In this document: one piece after another, positions 1-13,329 of the stretch | Position numbering within the stretch: position 1 is the stretch's first letter | Layout of the letters: each line of letters begins with the position of its first letter | From: Catajapyx aquilonaris | Taxonomy: Eukaryota | Assembly (NCBI GenBank): GCA_000934665.2 | Contig: KZ538665.1 | Coordinates: 1 to 55,089, forward strand | DNA length: 55,089 nt | Direction: 5' to 3' | The notes under the pieces: generated by a model | Database searches by the model: none | What the model saw: the letters and a program-made list of their open reading frames with translations, nothing else | What the model was told of the DNA's origin: nothing | Translations under genes and position numbers: made by a program

Positions 1-689
1 TCGACAGTTGGGGACCTGTGCCTGGCTTGGTCACCCCTGGCCCTTGTAGCCCTCTGGACCACCCTTGGAACCTTTCACTTTCTTGGTCACCCCTGGTACT
101 TTGTGCCCTCTTGGTCACCCCAGGCTCTTGCCGCCCTCTTGACCACCCCTGGCACCGTGTACCCTCTTCGTGGTCCCCAGAAGCATTCCTGGCCGCCTCC
201 TCGCCGCCATCTTCGTTCACAGTTCGCCCCTTCATCCACCTCAATGCCATCGTACGTAATCCTCCCCCACAACTTATTTAACTCACCCTGTCCCTGCTCC
301 TGCAGTCCCGACAATCCCACTTCTGACACCATGAAGTGGTCCTCTTGGTCGGCCGGGACCCGGAGACAGGGAAAGTTATGAAAACAATCTAGCACTTTGT
401 ACCACACTCTATTTTCTTTGTTTCTACAACCACACTCCCCCCTGGTTCCCCAAGCTCCCGCCAGGTCACCCCACCGTCCTCTATTTCCCCTCTCCTCCGC
501 TGGATGGTGCTTCGGTCCGCCCTCCGTCCACTTCAAGTTACAAAAATTCAAAGTTATAGAGTTTCCCCCATAACTTGTAGGCAGGACAAAGATACATCCC
601 TTTATCTCTCATCTTATATTGCACATGTCCACTTGATGACCATTTTATTCTCATTCAGGGATGTGTAGACTTTCTCTTTTGATACCAGG

Positions 690-2002
690 ATGAACAGAAT
701 GATTTTGGGAGTCTCGGTGGTGGCGTGCACTTGCTTCATCGTGGGAAGTGTTTACTCGGAGGAATGCAAGACGTACGACTCTCGCTACGACACAAACTTC
801 AGTCTGTCCTTGGTAAGTCGTCATCATTGGTTTCAAATTTATTTCGCATTTTAAATGAAAGAGTAAAGAAGGAAATCGCTTTTGGTGATAATGCCAACAG
901 TTGTGGGGCCCATGGTACGCTGTATATCAAAGCGAGGAGGCTGTGACCAACTGCTATTACTTGGACATCAAAGAATCACCTGGGAGCAACGGAGACAAAT
1001 TCGACATAGATGGCTGGTATAATGTCACGTAAGTCAACAATCCATTAAAAACTTGATCAGGCAGTCATTATTTGCTAGGCTAACATTAACGTATTATTTT
1101 TTTCAGATCTTTTGGAAACGTGACGATCGTTGTTCGCAATGGGACGCTTCTGCAGAAGGATGTTGTTATACCAAAAAATGTTATACCCTGCCTCCCCAAT
1201 ATAATACCGCCCCTTGCAGAAAGGGCCATCTTATATGGTGAAGGAAAAGTGATACCCTCGACGATACTATTTATCCCTACCAATAGTACCTCTGCCAATT
1301 TAAACGTGACGTTTCAAGTTTATCAGGTGGACACATGCTCTTATATGAACGCTCGGATATGCTTCGCCATTCCGAATCCGTTCGTGAGTGAGTACAAAAT
1401 TTCGTTGGTTACCTTTTGGAAGTATTGTTTACAGTGAGATTTCAAGTCCAGTGTCTTGCAAGGATGCTTGATGGAACAGTGTGCATGACACTTGTACAGT
1501 TTGCATGTTACATGCCTCTATTCGACCAAAGTGACAGAATACAAGTACTGGCAACCACAGGGCCTCGTGAGTCTAGATTCTAACCATTTCTTAGATTGGT
1601 GCATTTTTAGAATACATTATCTGATTGGCACAAACTCACAGTAACAGTCCATGGAATACAATGCAGTTTTATTAGATGAAAACTGAAACTGAAACTGGAG
1701 CAAAAATTACTGTAAAAAGTGTCATGGCTGTCACATTTCGGTCGAATACTCGAATTCCGGCATGAAATTTTTGCTCGACGGACTGGCCACTTGCACATCT
1801 ACAGTGTAAACCCAATTTTACATCAGTAGCAAATATGCTCTTTCTTATACTGTTTTAATTTTCAGCGAATAATAACGTAGTCTTCTTGCGCAACCCTCAA
1901 GATGCTGATGCAGCGACAAAAGCTCTCGATATGATTAAAGAAACAGATCCGATATCAACTCAATTGATGCGGAAAATGAACGCAACCGATTGCAAGTATT
2001 AA
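690..2002 (+). CDS. Secreted ApoD/lipocalin-like protein, copy A (222 aa)
   Basis: Exons 690-812, 901-1028, 1107-1387, 1866-2002 splice GT-AG into one open frame, intron phases 0,2,1. Signal peptide MNRMILGVSVVACTCFIVGSVYS; TNFSLSLLWGPWY (lipocalin SCR1-like GxW), FQVYQVDTCSY (SCR2-like), VVFLRNP (SCR3-like), C-terminal NATDCKY. Gene model solid; family call is by motif only. Confidence 0.75.
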
Positions 2003-2358
2003 TTTATTGATCGAGGCTGCAGGGCAACATATGATTACTATCACAATATATTATTGTCTTCCCTATATTAGAATGTTATACTGTGGCAAAATAAATATTT
2101 CTCGACAACTAACATCCTTGACGAATTTATTCACTTCAGAACTATTTCAAGATATATGTGATTTCATTCTATGCTACCTATGCCATTTCTGTGTTGGAGT
2201 ATTGCAATTTGAGGGTCATTGCGAGCTCTCTCAAGTGACATCATGCGAGTTCCAGTAATTATTAATTAATCCCCTCCCGGTTAAATGTAGCCTATATATG
2301 GCTGTTCCTAGCGGTTTTTTAAAGTGGGCAAATGATTGTTTGAAGTAATCAGTAAATT

Positions 2359-2600
2359 CGGGAGGCATGGTGGTCTGGTGGCTATGCTATTGGCCAGCCA
2401 AGCGGGAGGCCGGGGTTCAAATCCCCGGGTAATTTTTCCGCTTTTCACGCTGACATGCCGGGGCAGAATTTCACTCCTTACTCTGCCCAGGGCCAGGAGA
2501 AAATGCCTCTTGTTTAAAAAATGTCAGATATGACTACCTCACAGCGCCCTCCCTTGGGGAACCTCCCCTTCCCCACTAAGAGGGCCTCGGGCCATATACT
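2359..2600 (+). mobile_element. tRNA-derived SINE-like element
   Basis: A-box-like TGGTCTGGTGG and B-box-like GGTTCAAATCC, then a body that recurs inverted at about 7400-7675. Ends approximate. Confidence 0.55.
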
Positions 2601-3414
2601 CGTATATGAGTGATTCTCCAAAAACTTACCAATACCATGTCCCGGCATAATAACTCAAAAATGGCTCGACTGAGAGAGTTGATATTTTAAACATTTGTAG
2701 AAGCAGTTGACACCCAGCCATCCCCATGAACACAAAGAAAATATTAAATTAAGTTTAACTGCAAAAAATGTCAAAGGGCCTAAAATCACTATTCTTGGCA
2801 TGTCCCGATCTTATTTTAAAGCACGCTATATTTTCTTACAATTTTATCATCAACATTAGACAAGTTTCAATACAAGAATTAAATTGTACATACATACATA
2901 ATTGTAGTTGAAGGTATAAAACAACATTTTTAAAACGATATATTCATTTGACACGACCTTGCTGCATCACTCCAAAGTGTGTCCCGAGTTTTCATGTTAC
3001 TCTCCTGGATCAGGATATTATTGAAAAATTTGCAGTGAAACAAATGGATTTTTACTCAGTTATTTGGCAACACTGCTTCTTCATGACACCTTGATTTAAC
3101 TACAGATTGATGTACAAGGGGTAGCCTACGTCTTCTAGTGGGTTAAAAAAAATTAAGGCGTTTTAAATTCAGTTATATGGCACATTTTGCATTCACACTC
3201 CTGGCTCATTTTTCTATGTCACATAATAGCTTAAATGTTTTGAAATAGCCGTGATTCCATGGCATGAAGGGATGTCATGAACCCACAGCGTCAACGTTTG
3301 TTCTGGACCGTGATATCAATCCTATTGCATGCATAGGTCATTCTTCTGGCTCCCGAACTCCTGGAAATAATATTCGCTCTCCTGGCATATTCTGTGCCAG
3401 GAGTTAGAGAGACT

Positions 3415-3905
3415 CATTGTATTGGACTGTTACGGTGAGTTGGTGCCAATCAGATAATGCATTCTAAACATGCACCAATCTCAGAAATGGTTAGAATCTA
3501 GACTCACGAGGCCCTGTGTTTGCCAGTACTTGTATTCTGTCACTTTGGTCGAATAGAGGCATGTAACATGCAAACTGTACAAGTGTCATGCAGACTGTTC
3601 CATCAAGCATCCTTGCAAGACACTGGACTTGAATCTCACTGTAAACAATACTTCCAAAAGGTAACCAACGAAATTTTGTATTCACTCACGAAAGGATTCG
3701 GAATGGCGAAGCATATCCGAGCGTTCATATACGAGCATGTGTCCACCTGATAAACTTGAAACGTCACGTTTAAATTGGAACCGGTACTATTGGTAGGGAT
3801 AAATAGTATCGTCGAGGGTATCACTTTTCCTTCACCGTATAAGATGGCCCTTTCTGCAAGGGGCGGTATTATATTGGGGAGGCAGGGTATAACATTTTTT
3901 TATAC
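3415..3905 (-). pseudogene. Partial copy of lipocalin A/C exon 3 plus intron 3
   Basis: Near-identical to the reverse complement of about 1175-1655 and to about 8380-8860 (carries the C-type TGSN variant); exons 1, 2 and 4 absent. Confidence 0.85.
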
Positions 3906-3989
3906 CACCATTATTTGTATTTTCTCTGAATTCTCTGTTTGTTACAATGGGTAAGGATAGGGATTGTTGGGGAGGGAGCGTAGGTGCAA

Positions 3990-4175
3990 GTACGATACCG
4001 ACCGATGAATGGGTCATGTGCAGTCCCCCGGGAGGTTAGGTTGCCAGACACCTCCAAAGGTGCCGATCAGAGACCCTCCGGACGCAGGCGAAAGGGAAAT
4101 CCCAGGCGGGGATCGAACCTGGGACCTATCACTTGGCAAGCCGAGACGTTACCATCTCGGCCACCATACTTCCCC
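3990..4175 (-). mobile_element. tRNA(Gly)-related SINE-like element
   Basis: Minus strand reads GGTGGCCGAGATGGTAACGTCTCGGCTTGCCAAGTGATAGGTCCCAGGTTCGATCCCC: A box, GCC anticodon-like loop, B box, but stems degenerate and non-tRNA sequence follows. Confidence 0.55.
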
Positions 4176-5895
4176 TTAAAATTATTGGCATTACAAATCC
4201 AGAAGGTTTCAATTTTATGTATGGTTATTACTACATAACCCTTTAATATCTGTGGTACTTATCACACTGGTCAAACTGCTGGCTACACTAGGATTGGCTG
4301 GCAGTATCCGAAGTGATGGTTTCGATCGAATGGACTCGTTTCTGGAGTTGAGAAAAATTGCACTTTAAAAAACTGGTGTGTATTAACTATTATACTCACC
4401 TGGTGCGGATCTCTCGGTACAAAAACAATCATAGTTCTTGGAATGGCTTACGTTTTGTGACTCTGCAGCATGCCTCCACTATTGTCTGAGGTCAGACAAC
4501 GCGGTGAGACACCTGCCACACGGTCCTCCACATCAGCCAATCAGGAGGAGCCACCTCTGCATGGCAACACAAATTGAAAGCCTACGTCACTGGCTACTGT
4601 ACAGTACATTATAATTATGACAAAGTGTTGATACATTACAGCCTGGTATGTTGTAAGAGCTAGATTGTAATGATATTATTGATAATTCAAATATTGCGAA
4701 ATCATTCATTCCGGCAGACATTGGTATACATTGAATGCGTATGTGTTTGATCAGCTGATATATTTTTATAGGTTAAATAAGAAAGTATATGTAGCTTGCC
4801 TATGTACGACCTGGGGCCAAGGTAGGTTAGAAGGGGATATAACAAGACAAACAAACACGTCTGTCACTTAATAAAGAAACGAATAAGAAAAAAAATCAGT
4901 ATTTCACTCGAGCATTTTACAAAAACAAATAAAGAAAACTCCATGCGACAAATGGGTACTGTGGCTATTGCTCGTCATAGAGCAACCAGTGCCCTACTTT
5001 TAAAGAACATTTAAAATGTGATTTTTGTACACTGTACGAGTACATGTTGAGAGCATCTCCATTAGCATGCAATGAGACAATCCATTTCCAACGTTTTTCA
5101 AATGCAGGTTCTCGCTATAATAAAGTAATACACAATGTCGCACGATGTTATCAACCAATGATCCAGTAAGCCACATTTATACACATCGTGGTGCACTGGT
5201 GGATTAAAATACCAGTTGTTTCAATAATTATTATATAGACGCTCTAAAAATTTGAACATTGTAATGCAAAGGCATCGGATGTAGCTCACATTATTTTGTT
5301 CAATTGCACAAAATATGATGACAGATCTTTCCCATTGGGCTGTCTGCAGTAGACTTCAGAGCGAAAAAAAAGTGAGATAAATTTCGCGCAACTGTTCTCA
5401 TCCATCTGCAGGTTTCTAATAAATTGTGTTCACCATGGCAGGGACAGAGAGCTTCAACTGGTAGTAATTTGCTGTCGCCTGTGTGCTTCGGGACAGCTGT
5501 CTCGCATAGCCTATGTAATATATTTGTTTCAAATGGCTACCTCCAAACCGAATAACTCAAACAGCAACATAAGTAGGTACGTATATATACGGTAAGCCCT
5601 CCCAGTTAGCTCCACTGGAAGTGTAGTAGAGCCAAGATCTCACTGGCTGCTCGTATCCAGACATCAATCGCACCAGCACACACAGGTAAATTAACCCTGG
5701 TATAGTTGTGTTCGGAGTCCCCTTTTGGTAGTTTGTTTGTACAGTATTTCTCTCTCGTTATATGGGCTGGAGTTGTCGGTCATTCTTGCATCCCTAGTGC
5801 GCACTTCACTGTGTTATTTGTTGCAGTTGGTCTCATTGTTCCACAGGCTGTTTCAAGCAGAAGAAGAAGGAACTTGTTCTTCCCATCGCATCAAG

Positions 5896-6912
5896 ATGAA
5901 CATGTTTTTGTTGGCAGCTGTGGTGGCGGCTTCCTCTAGCTTCATTGTTGAAGGTGTCAATCAGACCTGCGGTGAAACCTACAACCCTCGCGCTAACCTC
6001 ACCAACTTTAACCCATCCATGGTAAGCAACAATATCGCCACAGATGGTCAATATCCCCTTTCAATATATATAAAAACAATACTGTATAATATTTATTAAC
6101 GGTACAAACCATCACTCGGCGGGCAGGGACATGATTTTGAACTTTGGCCCCGCACTGAATGATTAGAGGATAATTCCGTTCCACAGATCTGGGGCCAATG
6201 GTACGGAACAAACCAGACCGAGCAGTATAACGTGACAGACTGCTATAATGTACAGTTCACTCGTGGAAGCGACGACACCAAGGTGGATATTGTTGGATGG
6301 TATTTTGTCAAGTAAGCCAAACAGCATTTTTTTAAAAACGAATATTGATGATCCCACTCTTTAGTGCTAATAACAGAAGAGCGTCACGTTTCTAAACGGT
6401 CTGAAAGAAACACGTGTTTCTTTCAGACCGTTTAGAAACGTGACGTTCTCAATTCCTGGTGTGATGATATGGAGACACAGAATTTAACTGGGTGTAAGGA
6501 CGATCACCCTAGTAGTGATGTGGTCACTTTGGAAGGTACAGGGACAGTGACACCACTTGAGATCCTTGGTAAAACTCTTCCTGTGAAAATTATCTCCTCG
6601 CCGTTCCTCCTGAAGTTTCAAGTCTTTCAGCTGGAGGCCTGCGGTTTCGTTAACATTCGGTTCTGCTACGCAATCCCTAACTTTTTCGTCAGTGAGTACA
6701 CATATTTGCATCTGAATTTGAATGACCCATAGCAGAAGCTATTTTTTTTGTATCAGTGACATACTTATGCATTTCATTTTTCAGCTGATGATTACGTGAT
6801 CGCTGTGCATGACCTACAGAATGGTACTGCATGGTCGAAGGCCTTTGATCTGATGGCGAATAACACCAATAAGGAAATGCGCAGCATTAACAACACCGAC
6901 TGCAAGTTTTAA
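5896..6912 (+). pseudogene. Lipocalin-like copy B, frameshifted in exon 3
   Basis: Exons 5896-6021, 6187-6311, 6427-6691, 6785-6912, homologous to copy D. Exon 3 is 265 nt (263 or 266 would keep frame); the spliced frame hits TAA near 6485 while homology continues in another frame (ORF 6469-6732). Pseudogene or 1-nt assembly error. Confidence 0.7.
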
Positions 6913-7399
6913 GCCAGCGTTTTACTGACATCTTGCTTGTTTCTTCTTGTTCGTCATGTAATGAGAATTAGAGCAAAAGCGACGCAGTCATGACCGAAAG
7001 CTCGAATTTATTGTGCTATTATGTACTGTAGTAACTAATAACTTCCGTATTTAAATAAATGCAATGCAGATCCATCAGTTGCACTTTATTAACCTTTCAT
7101 GTGACTACGTACGTTATTATCTGCCAGTATTTCCACAAACCTTTACCGATCAGTTTTGGTGATACAAAGCTAACACTGGCCTCGACCGCAAGGACGCAAT
7201 AAGGCCTACTTCCTATATCCCGTGCCCATCTCACTGTGAGAGTAATGGTTTTCTTTTTTTGTACAGGGTGCCAAAAGAAAAATTCCAGGCTATACAAGTG
7301 CCAGCTGAATCCAGGACGTCCGTTACAGTACGGTACTTGCTCAATGAAAATCATAAGATACGGTCATAAAGGTTTATTTTCAGATTACTTAATAGGGGT

Positions 7400-7675
7400 C
7401 CGAGGCCCTCTTAGGGGGGAAGGGGAGGTTCACAATAAGGGAGGGAGCTGTAATTATATAGTCATTCCTGACTTTGTGAAATACACCAGACCTTTTCTCC
7501 TGGCCCTGGGCAGAGTAGGGAGTGCAATTCTGCCCCGGGATGTCGGGTGAAAAGACGAAAAAGACCAGGCAGAGGTGACGGACCCCGGCCTCCCGCTTAG
7601 GCTGGCCAGTGCATAGGGGTCTGGTGGTTACACCACTGCAGTGGTGTAACCACCAGACCCCTATGCCTCCCCTGA
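7400..7675 (-). mobile_element. SINE-like element (same family as 2359-2600) with internal 56-bp palindrome
   Basis: Reverse-complement similarity to 2359-2600 as part of the A/C inverted duplication; perfect palindrome at 7611-7666. Confidence 0.55.
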
Positions 7676-8044
7676 TTATTTACTGATTACTTCAAACAAT
7701 CATTTGCCCACTTAAAAAACAGGAACAGGCATATTATAGGCTACATTTGACCAGGAGGGGTTTAATAAATAATTACAGGAACTAGCATGATGTCACATGA
7801 GAGGGCTTGTAATGAGTAATGACCCTCAAATTGCGAAACTCCAACAGAGAAATGACATAGGTAGCATAAGCTAAGATGAAATCAGATATCTTGCAACAGT
7901 TCTAAAGTGAATAAATTTGTCAAGGATGTTAGTTGCTGAGAAATATTTATTTTACGGCCACAGTATATCATTCTAATATGGAAAACAACAATTGTGATAG
8001 TAATCATAATTATGTTGCCCTGCAGCTTCGATCAATATCATAAA

Positions 8045-9340
8045 TTAATACTTGCAAACGGTGGCGTTCATTTTCCGCATGGATAGAGTTGATAGCGGAT
8101 CTGTTTCTTTAATCAGATTGAGAGCTTTTGTCGCTGCAGCATCATCTTGAGGGTTGCGCACGAAGACTATGTTATTATTCGCTGAAAATTAAAACAGTAT
8201 AAGAAAGAGCATATTTGCTACTGATGTAAAATTGGGTTTACACTGTAGATGTGCAAGTGGCCAGTCCGTCGAGCAAAAATTTCATGGAATTCGAGTATTC
8301 GACCGAAATGTGACAGCCATGACACTTATAGTAATTTTTGCTCCCGTTTCAGTTTTCATCTAAATACTGAATTGTATTCAATGGACTGTTACGGTCAGTT
8401 GGTGCCAATCAGATAATGTATTCTAAACATGCACCAATCTCAGAAGTGGTTAGAATCTAGACTCACGAGGCCCTGTGTTTGCCAGTACTTGTATTCTGTC
8501 ACTTTGGTCGAATAGAGGCATGTAACATGCAAACTGTACAAGTGTCATGCAGACTGTTCCATCAAGCATCCTTGCGAGACACTGGACTTGAATCTCACTG
8601 TAAACAATACTTCCAAAAGGTAACCGACGAAATTTTGTACTCACTGACGAACGGATTCGGAATGGCGAAGCATATCCGAGCGTTCATATAAGAGCATGTG
8701 TCCACCTGATAAACTTGAAACGTCACGTTTAAATTGGAACCGGTACTATTGGTAGGGATAAATAGTATCGTCGAGGGTATCACTTTTCCTTCACCGTATA
8801 AGATGGCCCTTTCTGCAAGGGGCGGTATTATATTGGGGAGGCAGGGTATAACATTTTTTGGTATAACAACATCCTTCTGCTGAATCGTCCCATTGCGAAC
8901 AACGATCGTCACGTTTCCAAACGATCTGAAAAATATAATATGTTAATGTTAGCAAATGACTGTCTGATCCAGTTTTTAATGGATTGTTGACTTACGTGAC
9001 ATTATACCAGCCATCTATGTCGAATTTGTCCCCGTTGCTCCCAGGCGATTCTTTGATGTTCAAGTAATAGCAATCAGTCGCAAGCTGCTCGCTTTGATAT
9101 GCTCCGTACCAAGGACCCAACAACTGATTGGCATTATCACCAAAAGCAATTTCCATCTTTACTCTTTCATTTAAAATGCAAAATAAATTTGAAACCAATG
9201 CCCAGATGACGACTTACCAAGGACAGATTGAAGGTTGTGTTGTAGCGAGAGTCGTACGTCTTGCATTCCTCCGAGTAAACACTTCCCACGATGAAGCAAG
9301 TGCACGCCACCACCAAGACTGCCAAACTCATTCTGTTCAT
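8045..9340 (-). CDS. Secreted ApoD/lipocalin-like protein, copy C (222 aa), recent inverted duplicate of A
   Basis: Exons 9340-9218, 9123-8996, 8925-8645, 8181-8045; exon lengths identical to A (123/128/281/137); open frame; introns also nearly identical. Confidence 0.75.
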
Positions 9341-10507
9341 CCTGGTATCAAACGAGAAAGTCTACGCAACCCTGAATGATAATAAAATGGGCATCAAGAT
9401 GAGGGATAAAGGGATTTTTTTTTTCTCCTGCCTAAGTTATGGGGGAAGCTCTAATTTTGCATTTTTGTAACTAGTTACATTAGTATGCAGTAATGCATGA
9501 AGCAGAAAACTTGTATTCGTTACAAAAGTGGCGATTTGGCAAGAAAAGACCTCGGTTATAACAGACTTTGTCCGCGGTCCCTTGAAGTCTGTTATATCCT
9601 GATTCAACTGGACTATGTAAAAAAAAAACCCGTCCTGTATAGACAGCCTAGCTTACTGTCTGGGGTTCCTCTTCAGGTCGATTCTTCTGGCAGGTGATCA
9701 GCCAGAGAGGACTCGTCTGACTGAACTAGGGACTGAAGGAACCTGTGCCTTTTTATGGGGAGTCGCGTCTGTTTCAGGTTTGGAGACAGACACGCGACAG
9801 ATGGTCTGAAACAAAAAAAAGCTTCGAAACTGGTGGTGCTTCTTTTGTCTGCCCGCAATCTGATGGTGCTCAGTCACCACACATTTTACGTAAAAAGTTT
9901 ATGTAAGCTTATGAAGCCATGACTATTTTGCGACCATTTTATGCAATAAATATGTCACGTTTATACTTTATAGCCTACGACATAATATGTTTTTGATCTA
10001 ATACAGTATACCTTCGGCTATTAATCACCTGTTGTATACAACTTTCACCTGCTTCAAGGTAGATAATAATCATATGGCCTACACTGATTTTATGCTGCCG
10101 AACACATAATTCGCATGTGACAAAAGGACAAAACGTGGCCTTGTTATTCAAACATTGTAATGCAGACATACAGCAGCAGCTGGTTACGTAACGTCTACTC
10201 TCTGGTGGATTCATAATGTCAGGAAGCTGGTTACGTTCTTCACACGGAAATGAGCCTGAAGAGCTACAGTGAGTCACAAAATGAATTTGCTTTCGTTTTC
10301 TCTTCTCTCATAATAATGCCCTGCCCTGTTGACAACACGGCAGGTCTAAAATGTCAGTTTGCAAAGGTTATACTGGAGAGGCTATCACAACTGCAATCTC
10401 TGCCTTTACGACTATCAACTGATCACGACAATCGCATAGTTATTTTATTATCCGCAGATTACCAACAGGACATGGTTCGGACACTTCAGTACAGATACTT
10501 TTTACAG

Positions 10508-10563
10508 ACAAGAAATGCTGCTGCCCTGTCTACAGCTCAAGATGCCATGAAAACAAACACAAT
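10508..10563 (+). pseudogene. Remnant of a lipocalin exon 4 (copy E type)
   Basis: Encodes RNAAALSTAQDAMKTNT versus RNAAALSTAQDLMKTNT in copy E exon 4, opposite orientation, no other exons nearby. Confidence 0.7.
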
Positions 10564-10744
10564 AAGAGCAAAAACATTCCCTTCAGTGAAAAAAAGTGTA
10601 GTAAGACCTCCGCGGCGGAATGAAAGTACTGAAACAAGGCAGGCGCACGTAAGACCTTCACCAATTGATTTATGCTGTACCATAGGTCTTACTCAAGCAA
10701 TTACCAATTTACTGCTCATGAAGTCTCCTTTCTGAAAACAATTT

Positions 10745-10862
10745 GTGGAATTTTCGTTACACTACTATAGTTGCTTCTAACTTAGCAGTACCAGTGTAGT
10801 GCAATGGTACTGCTAAATTACTAGTAACTATAGTTACTAGTAGTACAACGAAAATTCCACCC
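10745..10862. mobile_element. MITE with TIR (G)GTGGAATTTTCGT
   Basis: GTGGAATTTTCGTT...AACGAAAATTCCAC with internal inverted TAGCAGTACCA/TGGTACTGCTA; related copies at 14757-14857 and about 21424-21780. Confidence 0.6.
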
Positions 10863-11012
10863 ATTAATTTTCGATGAGCCACTCCATATAAGTTTTTTAT
10901 GAAATTAGGAACTTCAATATTAAGCACATTGAATTTCTATACGATTGGTGCGAATTATTGCAATGAAACATTCATGCAGAATCGTCACCCCAATTATAAT
11001 AAATATAATAAA

Positions 11013-11312
11013 TTCATAATAAATTCATAAATTCATACCCCGTTATCAGCCTGTCGGCTCTTTAGGGGGAAAGTTTTTGTTTTGCCTGGAACTCTTTGCT
11101 TTCATTTTACTGCGCTCTTTGGGATAGGATAGGGACGGACGGAAGGAAGCGGCTGTGGCCTGTTAATTACGGAAGCAACTCCGGAATTATTTTCCTGGGA
11201 GGACCGTGGGAAACCACAGAAAACCACGGTCAGAGTTGCCGGCCCCGGGATTCGAACCCAGGACCTCCCGATTAGCAGTCGGACGCCTTATCCACTATGC
11301 CAACCTGCTTCG
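11013..11312 (-). mobile_element. tRNA-derived SINE
   Basis: Minus strand: A box TGGCATAGTGG, anticodon-like arm CCGA-CTGCTAA-TCGG, B box GGTTCGAATCC, about 200-nt body, short-repeat (ATGAATTT) tail; second copy at 20925-21213. Confidence 0.75.
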
Positions 11313-11796
11313 ATTTTCTATAATAAATATAATTATAATTATAAATATAATTATAAATACGTACAATGTCCCACAATGTTATTCCACTGATCCAGTAAGC
11401 CACATAAAAATGCCAGAGAAAAAACGTTTTCATTGTTTCAATATATACTCGTAGACTCGATAAATTTTTAAACATTGTAATACTGTATACTACACGTATA
11501 CAAAGGCATCGGATGTAGCTCACGTTTGTTCAATTGCTCGTAATATGCTGACAGACCTTTCCCATTGGACCGTCTGCAGTAAACTCCAGAGGAAAAAAAA
11601 AAAATAGAAAAATAAATCATTTCGAGGGACTGATCATCCATAACCCGATTTCTAATAAATTGTGTGCGCACAATGGGAGCAGGGGGCTTCATCTGGTCGT
11701 AATTTTGTGTGGCCGGTGTGCTTGAGGACAGCTGTCTGGCAATACTTTGTTTCAAATGGCCGTCTCCAAACCGAATGACGCAAATAGCAACACAAG

Positions 11797-11804
11797 TATA
11801 AAAG
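11797..11804 (+). promoter_or_regulatory. TATA box of lipocalin copy D
   Basis: TATAAAAG upstream of a candidate non-coding first exon ending at donor CAG/GTAAAT (about 11902); the homologous region upstream of copy B has TATATATA at about 5582. Confidence 0.5.
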
Positions 11805-12242
11805 CAACCCCAGTCTTGCTCCAGCATCCAAGTGCTTAGAGCCAAGATCTCACTGGCTGCAAGACCTGCTCAACTCCAACAACAATCGCACACGCAGCAC
11901 AGGTAAATCAACCCTTGAAATATTGTATACCGAGCCACTATTTTGTCCAAGCAAACTGCCATTTTGCATGTAAAGCGTTATCAGGCTGCCTTTTTTTTAA
12001 AAAAAAAAAATTGTACGAGTATTTCTCTCTCTTTAGACTGCTGAATAGGGGTCGGTATAATGTATATGTAGCCTATACATTTCATTCAGACAAGTATTTC
12101 GATACATATAAGTCCGGTCAGTCTTGGCATCACTGCGTGCACAGTTACGTCATTGTGCTTCATTGTGTTGCAGTGCAGCCCATCTCATTCCACAGGGTGT
12201 CTCCAGCAGAAGAAGTGACGTTGCTCCTCTCATCGCATCAAG

Positions 12243-13329
12243 ATGAACTTGCTTTTGTTGGCAGCTGTGGTGACGGCATCCGCCTGCTTCATTGTTGAAG
12301 GCGTCCACTCACAGACCTGCGGCGAGACCTACAACCCTCCTAACGACACCAACTTTGACCCATCCATGGTAAGCATCAGTCTGGCTATAAAAGTTGAATT
12401 TTATTGGGTGTGTAGAGTGCTTATGTCTATTTACTTACTGTACGATAGGAGCGGAAGTTTCGTAGTTATCAATGAGTCTTTTTTTTGTCAGTGAGCAGTG
12501 TCCTCTATATTAGTCTTGGTGGAGAAGTACTGTACCTTACTTACCCAGACCAAAATTAATAATAAGCGGCTTAGTGGCAAAATAATTGCAAACCATCACT
12601 TGGGGAGACATGTGAGTTTGAACACACTAAATGAGTAGATCAATTCTGTTTCACAGCTCAATGGCACATGGTTCGGAATGAACCAGACCGAGACGACACA
12701 TATCACCGACTGTTATTATATAACGTTGACTCCATCTGCTGGGAGCAATAACACCAGAGTGGATTTTGGTGGATGGTATTTTGTGCGGTAAGGCATATTT
12801 TGAGTGGATTTAGTGCTAAAACTGAAGTGTGTATTTTTTCAGATTTTTCCAGAACGTGACGTTCTCAGTCCCCAATGTGACGAGGACAGAGGATGACACC
12901 ATATGTGCGATGGATAACACTGGCAGGGACAGAATCACCTTGAAAGGCACCGGGGAAGTCACCGTATATAAATTCTTAAATATCTCTTATCCTTGGGCTG
13001 AGGGGTTCACAGTGCCGTTCGAGTTGAAGTTTCAAGTGTTTCAGCTTGATCCCTGCGGTTTCATGAACGTGCGGTTCTGCTTTGCACTTCCTAACCTGTT
13101 TGTCAGTGAGTACACATCAGTTACATCTGAATTGAAATGACAATCTTTTTTTTGTACCAGTAACTACTGCACGAATGTGTGTCATATTTCAGCGAATAAT
13201 TACGTGGTCTTGGTGCGCGACCCACGGAATGTCACTGCATGGTCAACGGCCTTTGAACTTATGAAGACAAACAGGCCTACCGATTTTCCAAAAATGTACA
13301 GCATTAACAACACCTACTGCAAGTTTTAA
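12243..13329 (+). CDS. Secreted ApoD/lipocalin-like protein, copy D
   Basis: Exons 12243-12368, 12657-12787, 12843-13105, 13193-13329; open frame; TNFDPSMLNGTWF, FQVFQLDPCGF, VVLVRDP, NNTYCKF. Confidence 0.75.

Noticed and set aside
1..530. Protein-coding ORFs
   Set aside because: Short GGTCACCCC/GACCACCCC repeats in pyrimidine-rich sequence; probably a repeat-element end, unassignable.
11240..11312. Functional tRNA genes (also about 21140-21213, 4100-4175, 2360-2430)
   Set aside because: No proper acceptor stem or terminator; the 11 kb and 21 kb copies share a non-tRNA body and tail, indicating SINE heads.
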